From the NCBI GenBank assembly GCA_964291415.2, contig OZ219920.1, positions 960,001 to 1,024,000 of the forward strand: a stretch of DNA of 64,000 nucleotides, in the 5' to 3' direction. Positions within the stretch are counted from its first letter, which is position 1. Every line of letters starts with the position of its first letter. The position numbers and the translations under genes are program-made. Below are positions 49,862 through 59,687 of the stretch, piece by piece. The DNA is from Alphaproteobacteria bacterium. Lineage in GTDB: Bacteria > Pseudomonadota > Alphaproteobacteria > SP197. The notes under the pieces were generated by a model that saw only the letters and a program-made list of their open reading frames with translations, made no database searches and was not told the DNA's origin.

Positions 49862-52201
49862 CTATCCGTGAAGCCTGGCTGACGACAATCCCGCGCGCTC
49901 AAGGCACAAGCTGGAGGCGGCTTCGACGATCGCGGCGGCGTCAATGCCGTGCAACCGGAAGAGATCCGGGATATCGGCACTCTGACCAAAGTCCGTCACT
50001 CCGAGAGCGTGAACCCGGTGGCGACCGACAGCCGCCATCCACGACAGGGTGGCGGGATGGGCGTCACAGACCGTGACAAGACCAGCGTCTCCAGGGAGGC
50101 GCGCGAACAGCCGCTCGGCCTGTGAACGACCGTCGCGCCTGTGCCAGCCGGCCATCAGGCGATCGGCGGACGTCACGACGAGAAGGCCGATATCCCCGAG
50201 ATCCTCGGTCAGCATGGCGCGGGCGGCAATCGCCTCGGTGACCGCGGCCCCCATGGCAACGATGGCGATCTCCGATGCCGCCCCGGGCTCGAAGAGCCAA
50301 TAGCCGCCGGCGATGGTTCCGGACACCAGATCCGGCGTGACGGGACGCTCGATCTGCTCGACGGGACGGGTCGAGAGCCGCAGATAGACGGAACATCCGT
50401 CACGCGCCTGCATATGCTCGAATCCCCAGCGCATGATGATGGAGAGCTCGTCTCCGTAGGCCGGCTCAAAGGCGATCAGTCCGGCCTGGCCGAGTCCGAT
50501 GAGGGGGGTATAGATCGACTGGTGCGCCCCGCCCTCGGGGGCCAGCGAGATCCCTGACGGTGTGCCGGCAAGCATGAATCGGCTGTCCTGGTAGCAGGCA
50601 TGGTTGAGGGCGTCGAGGCCGCGACAGATGAAGGGATCGTAGAGCGTGCCTATCGGCAGCAGCCGCACCCCGAAGAGGCTGTGGGCAAGGCCCATGGCGG
50701 CGACGAGAAGGAAGAGATTGTTTTCGGCGATTCCGAGCTCGATGTGCTGGCCCTTGTGACTGATGTCCCATGACTGGGCCGACATCACCTTTTCGGCCTT
50801 GAAGGTGTCGATGTGTTCCCGTCGGTCGAAGAGACCCCGCCTGTTGATCCAGGGACCAAGGTTGGTCGAGACGGCAACGTCCGGAGAGGTTGTGACGATG
50901 CGATCGGCCAGTTGATGGTCGCTGCGGCCGAGTTCGTTGAGGATGGATCCGAACACCTGCTGGGTCGAGGTCCGAGCCTCGTTCTTGAAGGGCAGGCGCT
51001 CCGGCACCGCGATCGTCGGTGCCGCGCGGCGGCGCGGAAAGTCCTCGGCAAAGGGTACGCGGGAAAGAAAGGACCGGAGTTCCTCCGCCTGGTCCTCCAT
51101 GCCGGCAAAGGGATCCCACTCGCTCCCTTCGGCAATGCCGTTCTGGTCGCGAAACTGCGCCATCTGTGTGGGATTCATGAGCCCGGCGTGATTGTCCTTG
51201 TGTCCGGCGAAGGGCAGGCCGAACCCCTTGATCGTGTAGCAGATGAAGCAGACCGGCTGGTCATCGCCGGTCATCCCGCCGGTGAAACCCTCCAGCAGGC
51301 TCTCGAGATCGTGTCCGGCAAGGTTGGTCATCAGGCGATGAAGGGAATCGTCGTCGAAGGTGTCGATGAGACCGCGCCCGGGGCCGCTGGCGCCGAAATC
51401 CCCTTCGAGGTGTTCGCGCCATGCGCCGCCGCCCTTGAAGCACAGCGCCGAGTAGAGATCGTTGGGGCAGGCATCGATCCAGGCGCGCAGGTCCTCGCCT
51501 CCCGGTTGCCGGAATGCGGCTTCAAGTCGCTTGCCGTACTTCAGCGTGACGACCTTCCATCCGACTGCCCCGAAGAACCCCTGGATTCTCCTGAACAGCC
51601 GGTCCGAGACGACGCTGTCGAGACTCTGCCTGTTGTAGTCCACAATCCACCAGACGTTGCCGATGTTGTGCTTCCAGCTTTCGAGGAGGGCTTCCCAGAC
51701 GTTGCCCTCGTCGAGCTCCGCATCGCCGACGAGCGCCACCATGCGTCCGGCGGCGCCGTTGTCGGGGATGAGGTTCTTGCGGCCAAGATAATCCTCCACG
51801 AGCGCGGTGAACGCCGTCATGGCAACGCCCAGCCCCACCGAACCGGTCGACAGGTCGACGTCATCGCGATCCTTGGTGCGCGACGGGTAGGACTGGGCGC
51901 CGCCCAGGGCCCTGAAGGCTTCCATCTGTTCACGACTCTGGTGCCCCAGAAGGTACTGGATCGCATGGAAGACGGGACTGGCATGGGGCTTGACGGCGAT
52001 CCTGTCCCGGGGCGAGAGGACATGGAAATAGAGTGCGCACATGATCTGGACGATGGAGGCGCACGATGCCTGATGCCCGCCCACCTTGAGCCCGTCACGG
52101 GACGGGCGCAGGTGATTGGCGTGGTGAATCATCCAGCTCGACAGCCACAGCACCTTCGTCTGCAGGGCATCGAGGCAAGCGAGGTCGGTACGGTTCATCA
52201 T
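49862..52201 (-). CDS. ThDP-dependent AceE-like 2-oxoacid dehydrogenase E1 / transketolase-like protein
   Basis: KVGGHQAS, STGSVGLG, GDAELDEGN...YNRQSLD, HIELGIAENN and EGGAHQS motifs. Start MMNRTD. Confidence 0.85.
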   Translation of the reverse strand: MMNRTDLACLDALQTKVLWLSSWMIHHANHLRPSRDGLKVGGHQASCASIVQIMCALYFHVLSPRDRIAVKPHASPVFHAIQYLLGHQSREQMEAFRALGGAQSYPSRTKDRDDVDLSTGSVGLGVAMTAFTALVEDYLGRKNLIPDNGAAGRMVALVGDAELDEGNVWEALLESWKHNIGNVWWIVDYNRQSLDSVVSDRLFRRIQGFFGAVGWKVVTLKYGKRLEAAFRQPGGEDLRAWIDACPNDLYSALCFKGGGAWREHLEGDFGASGPGRGLIDTFDDDSLHRLMTNLAGHDLESLLEGFTGGMTGDDQPVCFICYTIKGFGLPFAGHKDNHAGLMNPTQMAQFRDQNGIAEGSEWDPFAGMEDQAEELRSFLSRVPFAEDFPRRRAAPTIAVPERLPFKNEARTSTQQVFGSILNELGRSDHQLADRIVTTSPDVAVSTNLGPWINRRGLFDRREHIDTFKAEKVMSAQSWDISHKGQHIELGIAENNLFLLVAAMGLAHSLFGVRLLPIGTLYDPFICRGLDALNHACYQDSRFMLAGTPSGISLAPEGGAHQSIYTPLIGLGQAGLIAFEPAYGDELSIIMRWGFEHMQARDGCSVYLRLSTRPVEQIERPVTPDLVSGTIAGGYWLFEPGAASEIAIVAMGAAVTEAIAARAMLTEDLGDIGLLVVTSADRLMAGWHRRDGRSQAERLFARLPGDAGLVTVCDAHPATLSWMAAVGRHRVHALGVTDFGQSADIPDLFRLHGIDAAAIVEAASSLCLERAGLSSARLHG

Positions 52202-52294
52202 GGCTGGTTCAGCATCGCTGGCACACCTTGCGCGTGAATACCGAAATCTGCCGAAGTGTGCCACTGTGGGGTGACGCAATCGCCGGGGACAGGA

Positions 52295-53686
52295 ATGAAG
52301 TGCTTCGTCAATGATGCGCCTGGCGCTGTCGGCCTTGACCTTCTTGCCCGCGGCAATCTCGAGAGCTGGCTTGACACCATTCCCGATCACCAGGCCCGCT
52401 GGATCAGGAGCCACGATCCCGGGAACTCCGGATTGCGGCATCTCGTGGTGCCGGGTGCGGATGGTGATGTCGCCCGTGTGCTGGTTGTTGTCGACGAATC
52501 CGTTGGCATGATGACGCTTGCCGGGTTGCCGGTGCGCCTGCCGGCCTCCATGACCTGCCGTCTCGCGGAAGACACTGACGGCGAAACAGCGACGGCACTT
52601 TCCCTCGGCTGGGCGCTGGGCAGCTACCATTTCGGCCGCTATCAGAGCAGCGACCGGAAGACGGCGCAGCTGGTCTTCCCCGGCCAGGCTGATCGGATGG
52701 AGGTCGAAGCGGTGGCCCGCGCGGTCTGGCTTGGACGCGATCTCATCAACACGCCCGCCGAAGACCTCGGTCCGGCGGAACTCGCCGGGGAAGTGAAGAC
52801 GATTGCCGATCGCCACGGCGGCGAAGTGACGACAGTCGTCGGTGATGACCTGTTGGAACAGGATTTTCCGTCAATCCATGCGGTTGGTCGTGCCAGTTCA
52901 CGCCCACCGCAGCTTGTCGACATGACTTGGGGCGATCCTGATGCCTACCGTGTCACCCTCGTGGGCAAGGGGGTCTGCTTCGATTCCGGTGGTCTCGACA
53001 TCAAGCCGTCTGCCGGCATGTTGCTCATGAAAAAGGATATGGGGGGTGCCGCCACCGCCATTGCCCTTGCTTCCATGATCATGGATCTCGACCTTCCCGT
53101 GAGGCTTCGCCTCATGGTTCCGGCCGTCGACAATGTGATTTCCGGCAATGCCTTCAGGCCGCTCGATGTCTTCCGCACACGAAAGGGGCTCACCATCGAA
53201 ATCGGCAACACCGATGCCGAGGGCAGGGTCATTCTCTGTGATGCCCTCGCCGAGGCGTCATCATCGGGGACGGACCTGCTGGTGGACTTTGCGACCCTGA
53301 CCGGTGCGGCCCGCGTGGCCCTTGGACCCGATCTGCCGGCGCTTTTCTGTAACGACGATGCTCTTGCAGAGGACATCATCGAGAACTGCCGGCGGGTCGA
53401 GGATCCTCTTTGGCGACTGCCCTTGTGGTCCGGTTACGCTTCGGACATCAGCAGTGACGTGGCGGATCTCCGGACCACGGGCTCGACGCCCCTCGCCGGA
53501 GCCATCTCGGCGGCTCTCTTCCTCGAGAGGTTCGTGGACGGGACCATTCCCTGGGCCCACATCGACCTCATGGCCTGGAACCGGCGCCACAAGCCAGGCC
53601 GTCCCAAGGGGGGTGAGGTCATGGCTGCACGCGGACTCCTCGAGACGATCCGTGCCAGGTGCGCGAAGCTGAGGGCGGCCTCCTGA
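52295..53686 (+). CDS. M17 leucyl aminopeptidase (PepB-like)
   Basis: LVGKGVCFDSGG, MKKDMGGA, NTDAEGR and ATLTGA motifs. Confidence 0.93.
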   Translation: MKCFVNDAPGAVGLDLLARGNLESWLDTIPDHQARWIRSHDPGNSGLRHLVVPGADGDVARVLVVVDESVGMMTLAGLPVRLPASMTCRLAEDTDGETATALSLGWALGSYHFGRYQSSDRKTAQLVFPGQADRMEVEAVARAVWLGRDLINTPAEDLGPAELAGEVKTIADRHGGEVTTVVGDDLLEQDFPSIHAVGRASSRPPQLVDMTWGDPDAYRVTLVGKGVCFDSGGLDIKPSAGMLLMKKDMGGAATAIALASMIMDLDLPVRLRLMVPAVDNVISGNAFRPLDVFRTRKGLTIEIGNTDAEGRVILCDALAEASSSGTDLLVDFATLTGAARVALGPDLPALFCNDDALAEDIIENCRRVEDPLWRLPLWSGYASDISSDVADLRTTGSTPLAGAISAALFLERFVDGTIPWAHIDLMAWNRRHKPGRPKGGEVMAARGLLETIRARCAKLRAAS

Positions 53687-53698
53687 GTACCGGCGCCC

Positions 53699-54154
53699 CT
53701 ATCCGGGCGGCTGGATGCGTTGCCAGATCATCCGTGCAGCCCTGGTGATGCGGCGGATGTGCCACGCCGTGAAGCCGGCCGCCGCCAGCAAGACAAGGCC
53801 AATGGCCTGCACGGCGTGTGAATCCTGGATGATGAGAAAGACGCCCATGAGGCCGATCAGGATGCATCCGGCAGTCTGGCGCCCGACGGGCAATCGCCCC
53901 ATGACGCCCGTCGTGTGGTTGTAGAGGGCGAAGACGAGAAGGAAGTCATGCTTCCTGACACCGCACGCCGTGACCTGGTCCCGCTCGGCGACAGGTGTGG
54001 GGTGAGGCGTAAGGAAGGAGCCGGGGCGCCTCATGCACGCCGGACGATTGTCAATGCGGAACCAGGTGGCATGTCGGCCAAGTCCGAATTCCCACCCGGT
54101 CTGGATGGCGCTGACAGATCCGGAAACTACGGTGAGTTGCATGGTTGAGGTCAT
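53699..54154 (-). CDS. Hypothetical membrane protein (two C-terminal TM helices)
   Basis: Fills the gap between convergent/divergent genes; two hydrophobic stretches; no recognised family. Confidence 0.55.
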   Translation of the reverse strand: MTSTMQLTVVSGSVSAIQTGWEFGLGRHATWFRIDNRPACMRRPGSFLTPHPTPVAERDQVTACGVRKHDFLLVFALYNHTTGVMGRLPVGRQTAGCILIGLMGVFLIIQDSHAVQAIGLVLLAAAGFTAWHIRRITRAARMIWQRIQPPG

Positions 54155-54225
54155 CGCCCTTTTGAGCGACCTTGCACCGCGCCGTCGAGACGGTAAACCC
54201 CCACTCCGACACGACCCGATGAACC

Positions 54226-54657
54226 ATGGAACAGCGACTCAGCATCATCACCCTGACCGTTGACGACCTTGCGAGGGCGAGGGCGTTCTATGAGGCGCTT
54301 GGCTGGCGTGTGGCAAGTGAGGCGACTAAGGAAATCGTCTGCTTCACACTCAACGGGATCGGTTTTGCCCTCTATCCGCGTCACCGGTTCCGCGAGGAGA
54401 TAGGGGTCGGAAATCTCTCATGTGAGGCGGATGGTGGCGTTGTGCTTGCCTACAACGTGCGGTCCCGTGACGAGGTGGCAAGGGTGCTCGACGAGGCCGT
54501 CAAGGCGGGAGGCACGCTCATGAAGCCGGCGGCGGACGTCTTCTGGGGTGGCCATTCCGGCCATTTTCGCGATCCCGACGGTCACATCTGGGAAGTGGCG
54601 TTCAATCCCTTCTCGCCACTGGACGACTCCGGTAACTTTTCCTGGTCTTCCACCTGA
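54226..54657 (+). CDS. VOC/glyoxalase family protein
   Basis: RLSIITL.V.DL..ARAFYEALGW and FWGGHSGHFRDPDGHIWEVA motifs. Confidence 0.92.
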   Translation: MEQRLSIITLTVDDLARARAFYEALGWRVASEATKEIVCFTLNGIGFALYPRHRFREEIGVGNLSCEADGGVVLAYNVRSRDEVARVLDEAVKAGGTLMKPAADVFWGGHSGHFRDPDGHIWEVAFNPFSPLDDSGNFSWSST

Positions 54658-54671
54658 GGAACACTGGTTCC

Positions 54672-54860
54672 ATGCTCGATCCCGAGGACTGCATCAACGA
54701 GACGTGTCCCTGGTCTGGAAAGCCGGTTGCCGCCGATTCACTCATCGAGTTCAACGGCGATGTCGTCGGCTTCTGCAACCCGGGTTGCCGCGACAAGTTC
54801 GCCGCCGCGCTCGATCACTTTGCGAGGGCACGCGAGGCGAAGACCAGCGGTCAGCCCTGA
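54672..54860 (+). CDS. Small YHS/TRASH-like metal-binding protein
   Basis: CINETCPWSGKPV...VGFCNPGCRDKF; GAGGA RBS. Confidence 0.75.
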   Translation: MLDPEDCINETCPWSGKPVAADSLIEFNGDVVGFCNPGCRDKFAAALDHFARAREAKTSGQP

Positions 54861-54892
54861 CCACCGCCCCGGAGTCATCGACAAGGGCAACC

Positions 54893-56257
54893 CTACGTGT
54901 CGGCGGTTTGCAGCAGTGTCGGGCGGTGGAGCCTTTCCATGTCCAGGCGCAGCCGAACGGCAGGATCCGAGCCATCGACGGCGACGTCCGACCAGCGGAC
55001 CACGTGTCCCCGCCTGACCGCATTCACCAGTGGGGTCCGGTGGGTCAGGCCCATCGGCAGGGCGCCCTCGTGCAGCGAACGTGCGGCGGGCATCAGCTGT
55101 CCCGACACCGTGTAGCCGCCCTCGCCGTCGAGCAGTTCGCCGGCCGCAAGATCGCGCTTGGCGACGGCGACCGTATCGGCCCTCCAGCCGTTCGCAGCGC
55201 CTGTCGGCTCCCCGCGCAACGCGACGCTGGCAACGCTTGTGCCGAGCTCCAGCCCGATCAGGTGCCATCGCTTGTAAAGGGCGGCGTAACGGCCGCTGTC
55301 GTCGGTCTTGAGACCGTACTCGCGGAAGCACCGGGCGATGTAGTCGGTGTCCGCCTCGAAGACGACGAAGACGCCGAAACGGATGTCATAGTCGATCGCC
55401 ACGCCATCGCGATGCAGCGAGGAGACCACTTCGACCTGACCCTTGTGGTGCAAGGTGCCGCCCTGCGAACGCGGTCTGCAGACTTGTGGCAATCCGTCGA
55501 TGCTGGTTGGCGGATAGCCGAGGCCATCCGGCGCCGGCGTGAGGCCCGTGGCGTTGGCGACTGCCGTGCTCTCGATCGCCGGCTTGGTGCCGTCGAGGAA
55601 GGAGGTGAACATTCTGGGGTTGAGTCCGCCTTCGACGGCCTCATCCGGCGTCAACCCGTATCCGTCCCAGACGTTGTCGGGCGTGTAGTACCGGTACTCC
55701 GGCAGCCACTTGTGGCCACGCCCCGCGGCGACGACGTCGAAGCCGCTGGTCCGGGCCCAGTCGACGAGATCACAGATCAGCGCCGGCTGGTCGCCGTAGG
55801 CGAGCGAATAGACGATGCCGGCCTCGCGGGCCCTTTCGGCCAGTAGCGGGCCGGCCAGAGCGTCGGCCTCGACATTGACCATGATGATCGGCTTGCCATG
55901 TTCGCAGGCGAGCAGCACATGCCGCACGCCCGCCGCCGGATCTCCGGTGGCGTCGACGACGAGGTCGATGGCCCCTTCGCGGAACGGCGCCTCTACGTCA
56001 TCGACAACCCAGGTTGCACCCGAGCGCAGCGCCGCTCCAGGATCCGCACTGGCGTAGCGTTCGCCCGGCCAGCCGATGCGCGCCAGGTTCCTGCGGGCAC
56101 CCTCCGGGTTCACGTCGGCGATGACGGCAATGTGGAGTCCCGGCGTCCGGATCGCCTGGGCGAGGAACATCGAAGCGAACTTGCCGCACCCGACAACACC
56201 GATGCGAACCGGATTGTGCTGCGCCTGCCGAGCCAGCAACAGGCGGTGAAGATTCAC
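54893..56257 (-). CDS. Homoserine dehydrogenase-like NAD(P)-binding oxidoreductase with a C-terminal SAF domain
   Basis: IGVVGCGKF, MVNVEAD, AYGDQP, SFLDGTK and AKRDL.AGE.LDGEGGY motifs. GTG start overlaps the upstream stop. Confidence 0.85.
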   Translation of the reverse strand: MNLHRLLLARQAQHNPVRIGVVGCGKFASMFLAQAIRTPGLHIAVIADVNPEGARRNLARIGWPGERYASADPGAALRSGATWVVDDVEAPFREGAIDLVVDATGDPAAGVRHVLLACEHGKPIIMVNVEADALAGPLLAERAREAGIVYSLAYGDQPALICDLVDWARTSGFDVVAAGRGHKWLPEYRYYTPDNVWDGYGLTPDEAVEGGLNPRMFTSFLDGTKPAIESTAVANATGLTPAPDGLGYPPTSIDGLPQVCRPRSQGGTLHHKGQVEVVSSLHRDGVAIDYDIRFGVFVVFEADTDYIARCFREYGLKTDDSGRYAALYKRWHLIGLELGTSVASVALRGEPTGAANGWRADTVAVAKRDLAAGELLDGEGGYTVSGQLMPAARSLHEGALPMGLTHRTPLVNAVRRGHVVRWSDVAVDGSDPAVRLRLDMERLHRPTLLQTADT

Positions 56258-57057
56258 GCGACGGCTTCGGCCGATCCGGGCATCGGCTCGGTCAGGCAGT
56301 TGTCGGACAACGGTTCGATCGGGGCAAAATCGCGATGGGCGACCCATTCCGGCCGCTTGAAGCGCCGGATGTGGTTGTCGACATGGCATAGCGACAGATA
56401 GACGACGGTCCTGCCCCACGGCGACATGTTGGGCGAGGACGCATGGACGAGGTTGCCGTGGAACATCAGAACACTGCCGGCCTTGCCCTTGGCCGAGACT
56501 ATCCCGCCCCGTTCTGCCAGGTCCGTCACCGTCGCCCGATCGAGCGTCCAGAGCGGGTAGCTGGTCGTATCCAGGTCGTGCCCGGCATCGTAGACACCAC
56601 CGCGGTGCGAGCCCGGAATGATCCACAACGGACCGTTGAACTCGGTCACGTCGTCGACGAACAGGGCAATGTTCATCGCACGCGCCTCGGGCATCAGGTC
56701 ATCGCGAGACCACGTGCCGTAGTCCTGGTGCCATTGCCAGACGTCGCCGCTGAAGGCGACCTTGGCGTTGACCTTGTACTGATGCATGTAGACCGGACCG
56801 CCGAGCAGCTGCTTGACGGGTTCGATCAGGCGCGGATGGCGTCCAAGCCGCCGGAAGGCTTCGTGGTAGCAGTGCGCCGCGAAGGCCGTGCGCGGTGACA
56901 CGCCATCCTTCTCGCGTACCACCTCCTTGCGGTCCAGGGCGTAGACCTCGGCCGCAGCCTGTCGAAGAACCCTTGCCTCGTCCGTGGAGAAGAGGTTGGC
57001 AAGCATGAGATAACCGGTCTCGTGAAACCGGTTCATCTGATCACGGTCAAGGTGCAT
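56254..57057 (-). CDS. PhyH-family Fe(II)/2OG dioxygenase (proline/ectoine hydroxylase-like)
   Basis: HQYKVNAK, WQWHQDYGTW, NGPL.IIPGSH and FHGNLVHAS..N.SP..R motifs. Confidence 0.88.
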   Translation of the reverse strand: MHLDRDQMNRFHETGYLMLANLFSTDEARVLRQAAAEVYALDRKEVVREKDGVSPRTAFAAHCYHEAFRRLGRHPRLIEPVKQLLGGPVYMHQYKVNAKVAFSGDVWQWHQDYGTWSRDDLMPEARAMNIALFVDDVTEFNGPLWIIPGSHRGGVYDAGHDLDTTSYPLWTLDRATVTDLAERGGIVSAKGKAGSVLMFHGNLVHASSPNMSPWGRTVVYLSLCHVDNHIRRFKRPEWVAHRDFAPIEPLSDNCLTEPMPGSAEAVA

Positions 57058-57096
57058 GAGCGTCCGCCTCCACGCTCGGAGCACGATCAGGAAAGG

Positions 57097-57137
57097 CTAG
57101 ACCCGGATGGTGACGCTTTCAACCGATCCGGCTGTAG
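57097..57137. repeat. Imperfect palindromic (REP-like) intergenic element
   Basis: CTAGACCCGGATGGTGA-cgctt-TCAACCGATCCGGCTGTAG forms an imperfect hairpin with CTAG-like ends. Confidence 0.4.
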
Positions 57138-57240
57138 CGCACATGGGAGTGTACGCGGAACGTCGACGACGCGCTTGAGGAAACCCGAGGCGAATTCATC
57201 CTTCAATGGCAGCGCTAAAGAGAGAAAACCGAACCTTCTC

Positions 57241-58335
57241 TCAGCTGTCCGGCAAGGCGGGCTGATCATTGGTGTGGCAGTGGACGCCGCCGCCCGCCGC
57301 CCAGGACTCGAGCATTTCGATGACGTAAATGTCGCGCCCGGGAAAGTAGGTCTCGAGGCGTTGTCGTGCGGCTTCGTCTGCCTCGGCGTGGCCGAAACCC
57401 GTCGTGATGACAAACCCGTTGCCAACCAGCCAGTTCATGTAGTTCGTGTGGAAGGTCATGCCGCGATGGACCACCGCCGTGTCGACAGGATCACGAATGA
57501 CGGTGAATCCGGCTGCAGCGATGGTCTCGGCGGCATTCTCGAAGACTGCGCTCGTGGTGGCGGGGCAGCCTGCGCTGTCCATGCACCGGGCAACGACGAC
57601 GGTGTCGTGATCGATGAAGCGGGCGATACCGTCGATATGCCCGTTGGTGAGGTCACCCATCGGCACCCCTTCGATGAAGACCACCTTGCTGACACCGAAG
57701 TGCGCTCTCAGGTCCGCCGCGGCCTTCTCGCGGGTGTAGTCCGCATTGCGCCGCGGATCGCCGATCACACTCCAGTTGAGCATGACGGTATCCCTGCCGT
57801 TGAACTCGAGATTGCCGCGCTCGTGCACGATGGCCACGGACTCGTGGGAGAGCCCGGTGATGCGGGCCACCTCAATCGGGATTCTATCGTCCAGGGCATA
57901 GGGGATCTGTGAGCCGAAGGCTCCTCCCCAGGCATCGAATCTCCAGTCCTGGACGAGGAGCGTGCCGTTGTCGATGACCCACACCGGTCCGTTGTCGCGC
58001 ATCCATGCGCTGTCGCTGGCAACGGCGTGCCACGTGATGCCCGGATGATCGGGGTCTCCTCCCTCGCGGGCAATCACACGCCTCGCGCTCTCCAGGATGG
58101 CCGGGCCGGAATGGAGGATGTGGAGTGTCTCGTAACGGGCGATGACGTTTGCGATTCGTGCGAAGGCGGTCTCGTAGGACTTCTCATACGGTCCGGGCCA
58201 TTGCATCCAGATCGCTTCCTGCGGTTCCCACTCTGCCGGTACCTGACGAGTGGAATCGCTTTCAGCGCCTGCCGAGATCGTTGCTCCGACGAGGATGGCC
58301 ATGAGTCCCTGGAATTGGCGTCCGATTGACATCAT
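57241..58335 (-). CDS. Agmatine/peptidylarginine deiminase family protein with a predicted signal peptide
   Basis: PAEWE, WMRDNGP, GHIDG, YMN and GGGVHC motifs; hydrophobic N-terminus LMAILVGATISAGA. Confidence 0.88.
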   Translation of the reverse strand: MMSIGRQFQGLMAILVGATISAGAESDSTRQVPAEWEPQEAIWMQWPGPYEKSYETAFARIANVIARYETLHILHSGPAILESARRVIAREGGDPDHPGITWHAVASDSAWMRDNGPVWVIDNGTLLVQDWRFDAWGGAFGSQIPYALDDRIPIEVARITGLSHESVAIVHERGNLEFNGRDTVMLNWSVIGDPRRNADYTREKAAADLRAHFGVSKVVFIEGVPMGDLTNGHIDGIARFIDHDTVVVARCMDSAGCPATTSAVFENAAETIAAAGFTVIRDPVDTAVVHRGMTFHTNYMNWLVGNGFVITTGFGHAEADEAARQRLETYFPGRDIYVIEMLESWAAGGGVHCHTNDQPALPDS

Positions 58336-58454
58336 GGAACATTCTGCGCGCCGTCGCGCTGCCCTGGCAACAGGCAGGGATGCAGCCTGCCGAACCTGAT
58401 GGCGCTGCATCGCTCTTGGAGTATGGTGGAGGTCCGGTCAGGGAAGACGTTGCC

Positions 58455-59654
58455 ATGTCTGAAGCCTATATCTGCGATGCGGTGCGTACGCCCTTCGGGC
58501 GCTACGGCGGTCAGTTGTCCGGCCTCAGGACCGATGATCTCGCGGCCGTTCCCATACGCGCAATCATGGACCGCAATACCACGGTGGACTGGTCCAGACT
58601 CGATGACGTGATCTACGGCAACGTCAATCAGGCCGGAGAGGACAACCGCAATGTCGCACGCATGGCCGCACTGCTCGCCGGACTGCCCGTGGAGGTTCCC
58701 GGAGTCACGGTCAACCGGCTGTGCGGTTCCGGCCTCGAGGCCGTTCTGCAGGCCGGTCGCCTTGTGAAGCTGGGGGAGGCCCATCTCGTCATCGCCGGTG
58801 GCGTGGAGAGCATGTCGCGCGCTCCGTTCGTCATGGCCAAGGCCGAGACGGGGTTTTCGCGCCATGCGGAAATCCATGACACGACCATCGGCTGGCGCTT
58901 CGTCAATCCGCGCATGCGGCAGCTTCATGGTGTCGACCAGATGCCGGAAACAGCCGAGAACCTGGCTGAGGAACGGGGCATAGCACGCGAAGATCAGGAC
59001 GCCTTTGCCCTGAGAAGCCAGCAGCGGGCTGCCGCGGCCATCAGGGACGGAAAGATCGCCGAGGAACTCGTCCCGGTCACGGCGCCGTCCGGTCGGACGA
59101 CCGTCAAGGTGACAACCGACGAGCATCCGCGGGAGACGTCACGCGACAAGCTGGCGGGCCTGCGGGCGCCCTTCCGTGACAACGGAACCGTCACCGCCGG
59201 CAACGCCTCGGGCGTCAACGACGGCGCCTCGGCTCTCCTGGTGGCATCCCCGGAGGCGGTGGCACGGTACGCCCTTCAACCCCTTGCGCGCATCATCGGT
59301 GGCGCGGTGGGAGGAGTGCCGCCCCGAATCATGGGGATCGGGCCGGTCCATTCGACACGCAAGCTCCTCGAGAGGGAGCGCATTCGCCTGGGCGATGTCG
59401 ACGTCATTGAACTCAACGAGGCCTTCGCGGCCCAGGTGCTCGCGGTGACCCGCGAACTCGGGCTCGCCGATGATGCCGCGCACGTCAATCCCAATGGCGG
59501 CGCCATCGCTTTCGGCCACCCGCTGGGCGCATCGGGTGGCAGGCTGACGGCCACGGCCGTCTACGAATTGCGCCGCCGGGACGCCAGGCGCGCGCTCGTC
59601 ACCATGTGTATCGGCGTCGGGCAGGGTGTGTCGGCGCTTGTTGAACGCGTCTGA
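58455..59654 (+). CDS. pcaF: 3-oxoadipyl-CoA thiolase (PcaF/PaaJ type)
   Basis: NQAGEDNRNVARMA, NRLCGSG, DTTIGWRFVNP, NEAFA, GHPLGASG and MCIGVGQG motifs. Confidence 0.9.
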   Translation: MSEAYICDAVRTPFGRYGGQLSGLRTDDLAAVPIRAIMDRNTTVDWSRLDDVIYGNVNQAGEDNRNVARMAALLAGLPVEVPGVTVNRLCGSGLEAVLQAGRLVKLGEAHLVIAGGVESMSRAPFVMAKAETGFSRHAEIHDTTIGWRFVNPRMRQLHGVDQMPETAENLAEERGIAREDQDAFALRSQQRAAAAIRDGKIAEELVPVTAPSGRTTVKVTTDEHPRETSRDKLAGLRAPFRDNGTVTAGNASGVNDGASALLVASPEAVARYALQPLARIIGGAVGGVPPRIMGIGPVHSTRKLLERERIRLGDVDVIELNEAFAAQVLAVTRELGLADDAAHVNPNGGAIAFGHPLGASGGRLTATAVYELRRRDARRALVTMCIGVGQGVSALVERV

Positions 59655-59687
59655 TCGCAGTGAACGATACGTCAGCGATTCTCCGCG

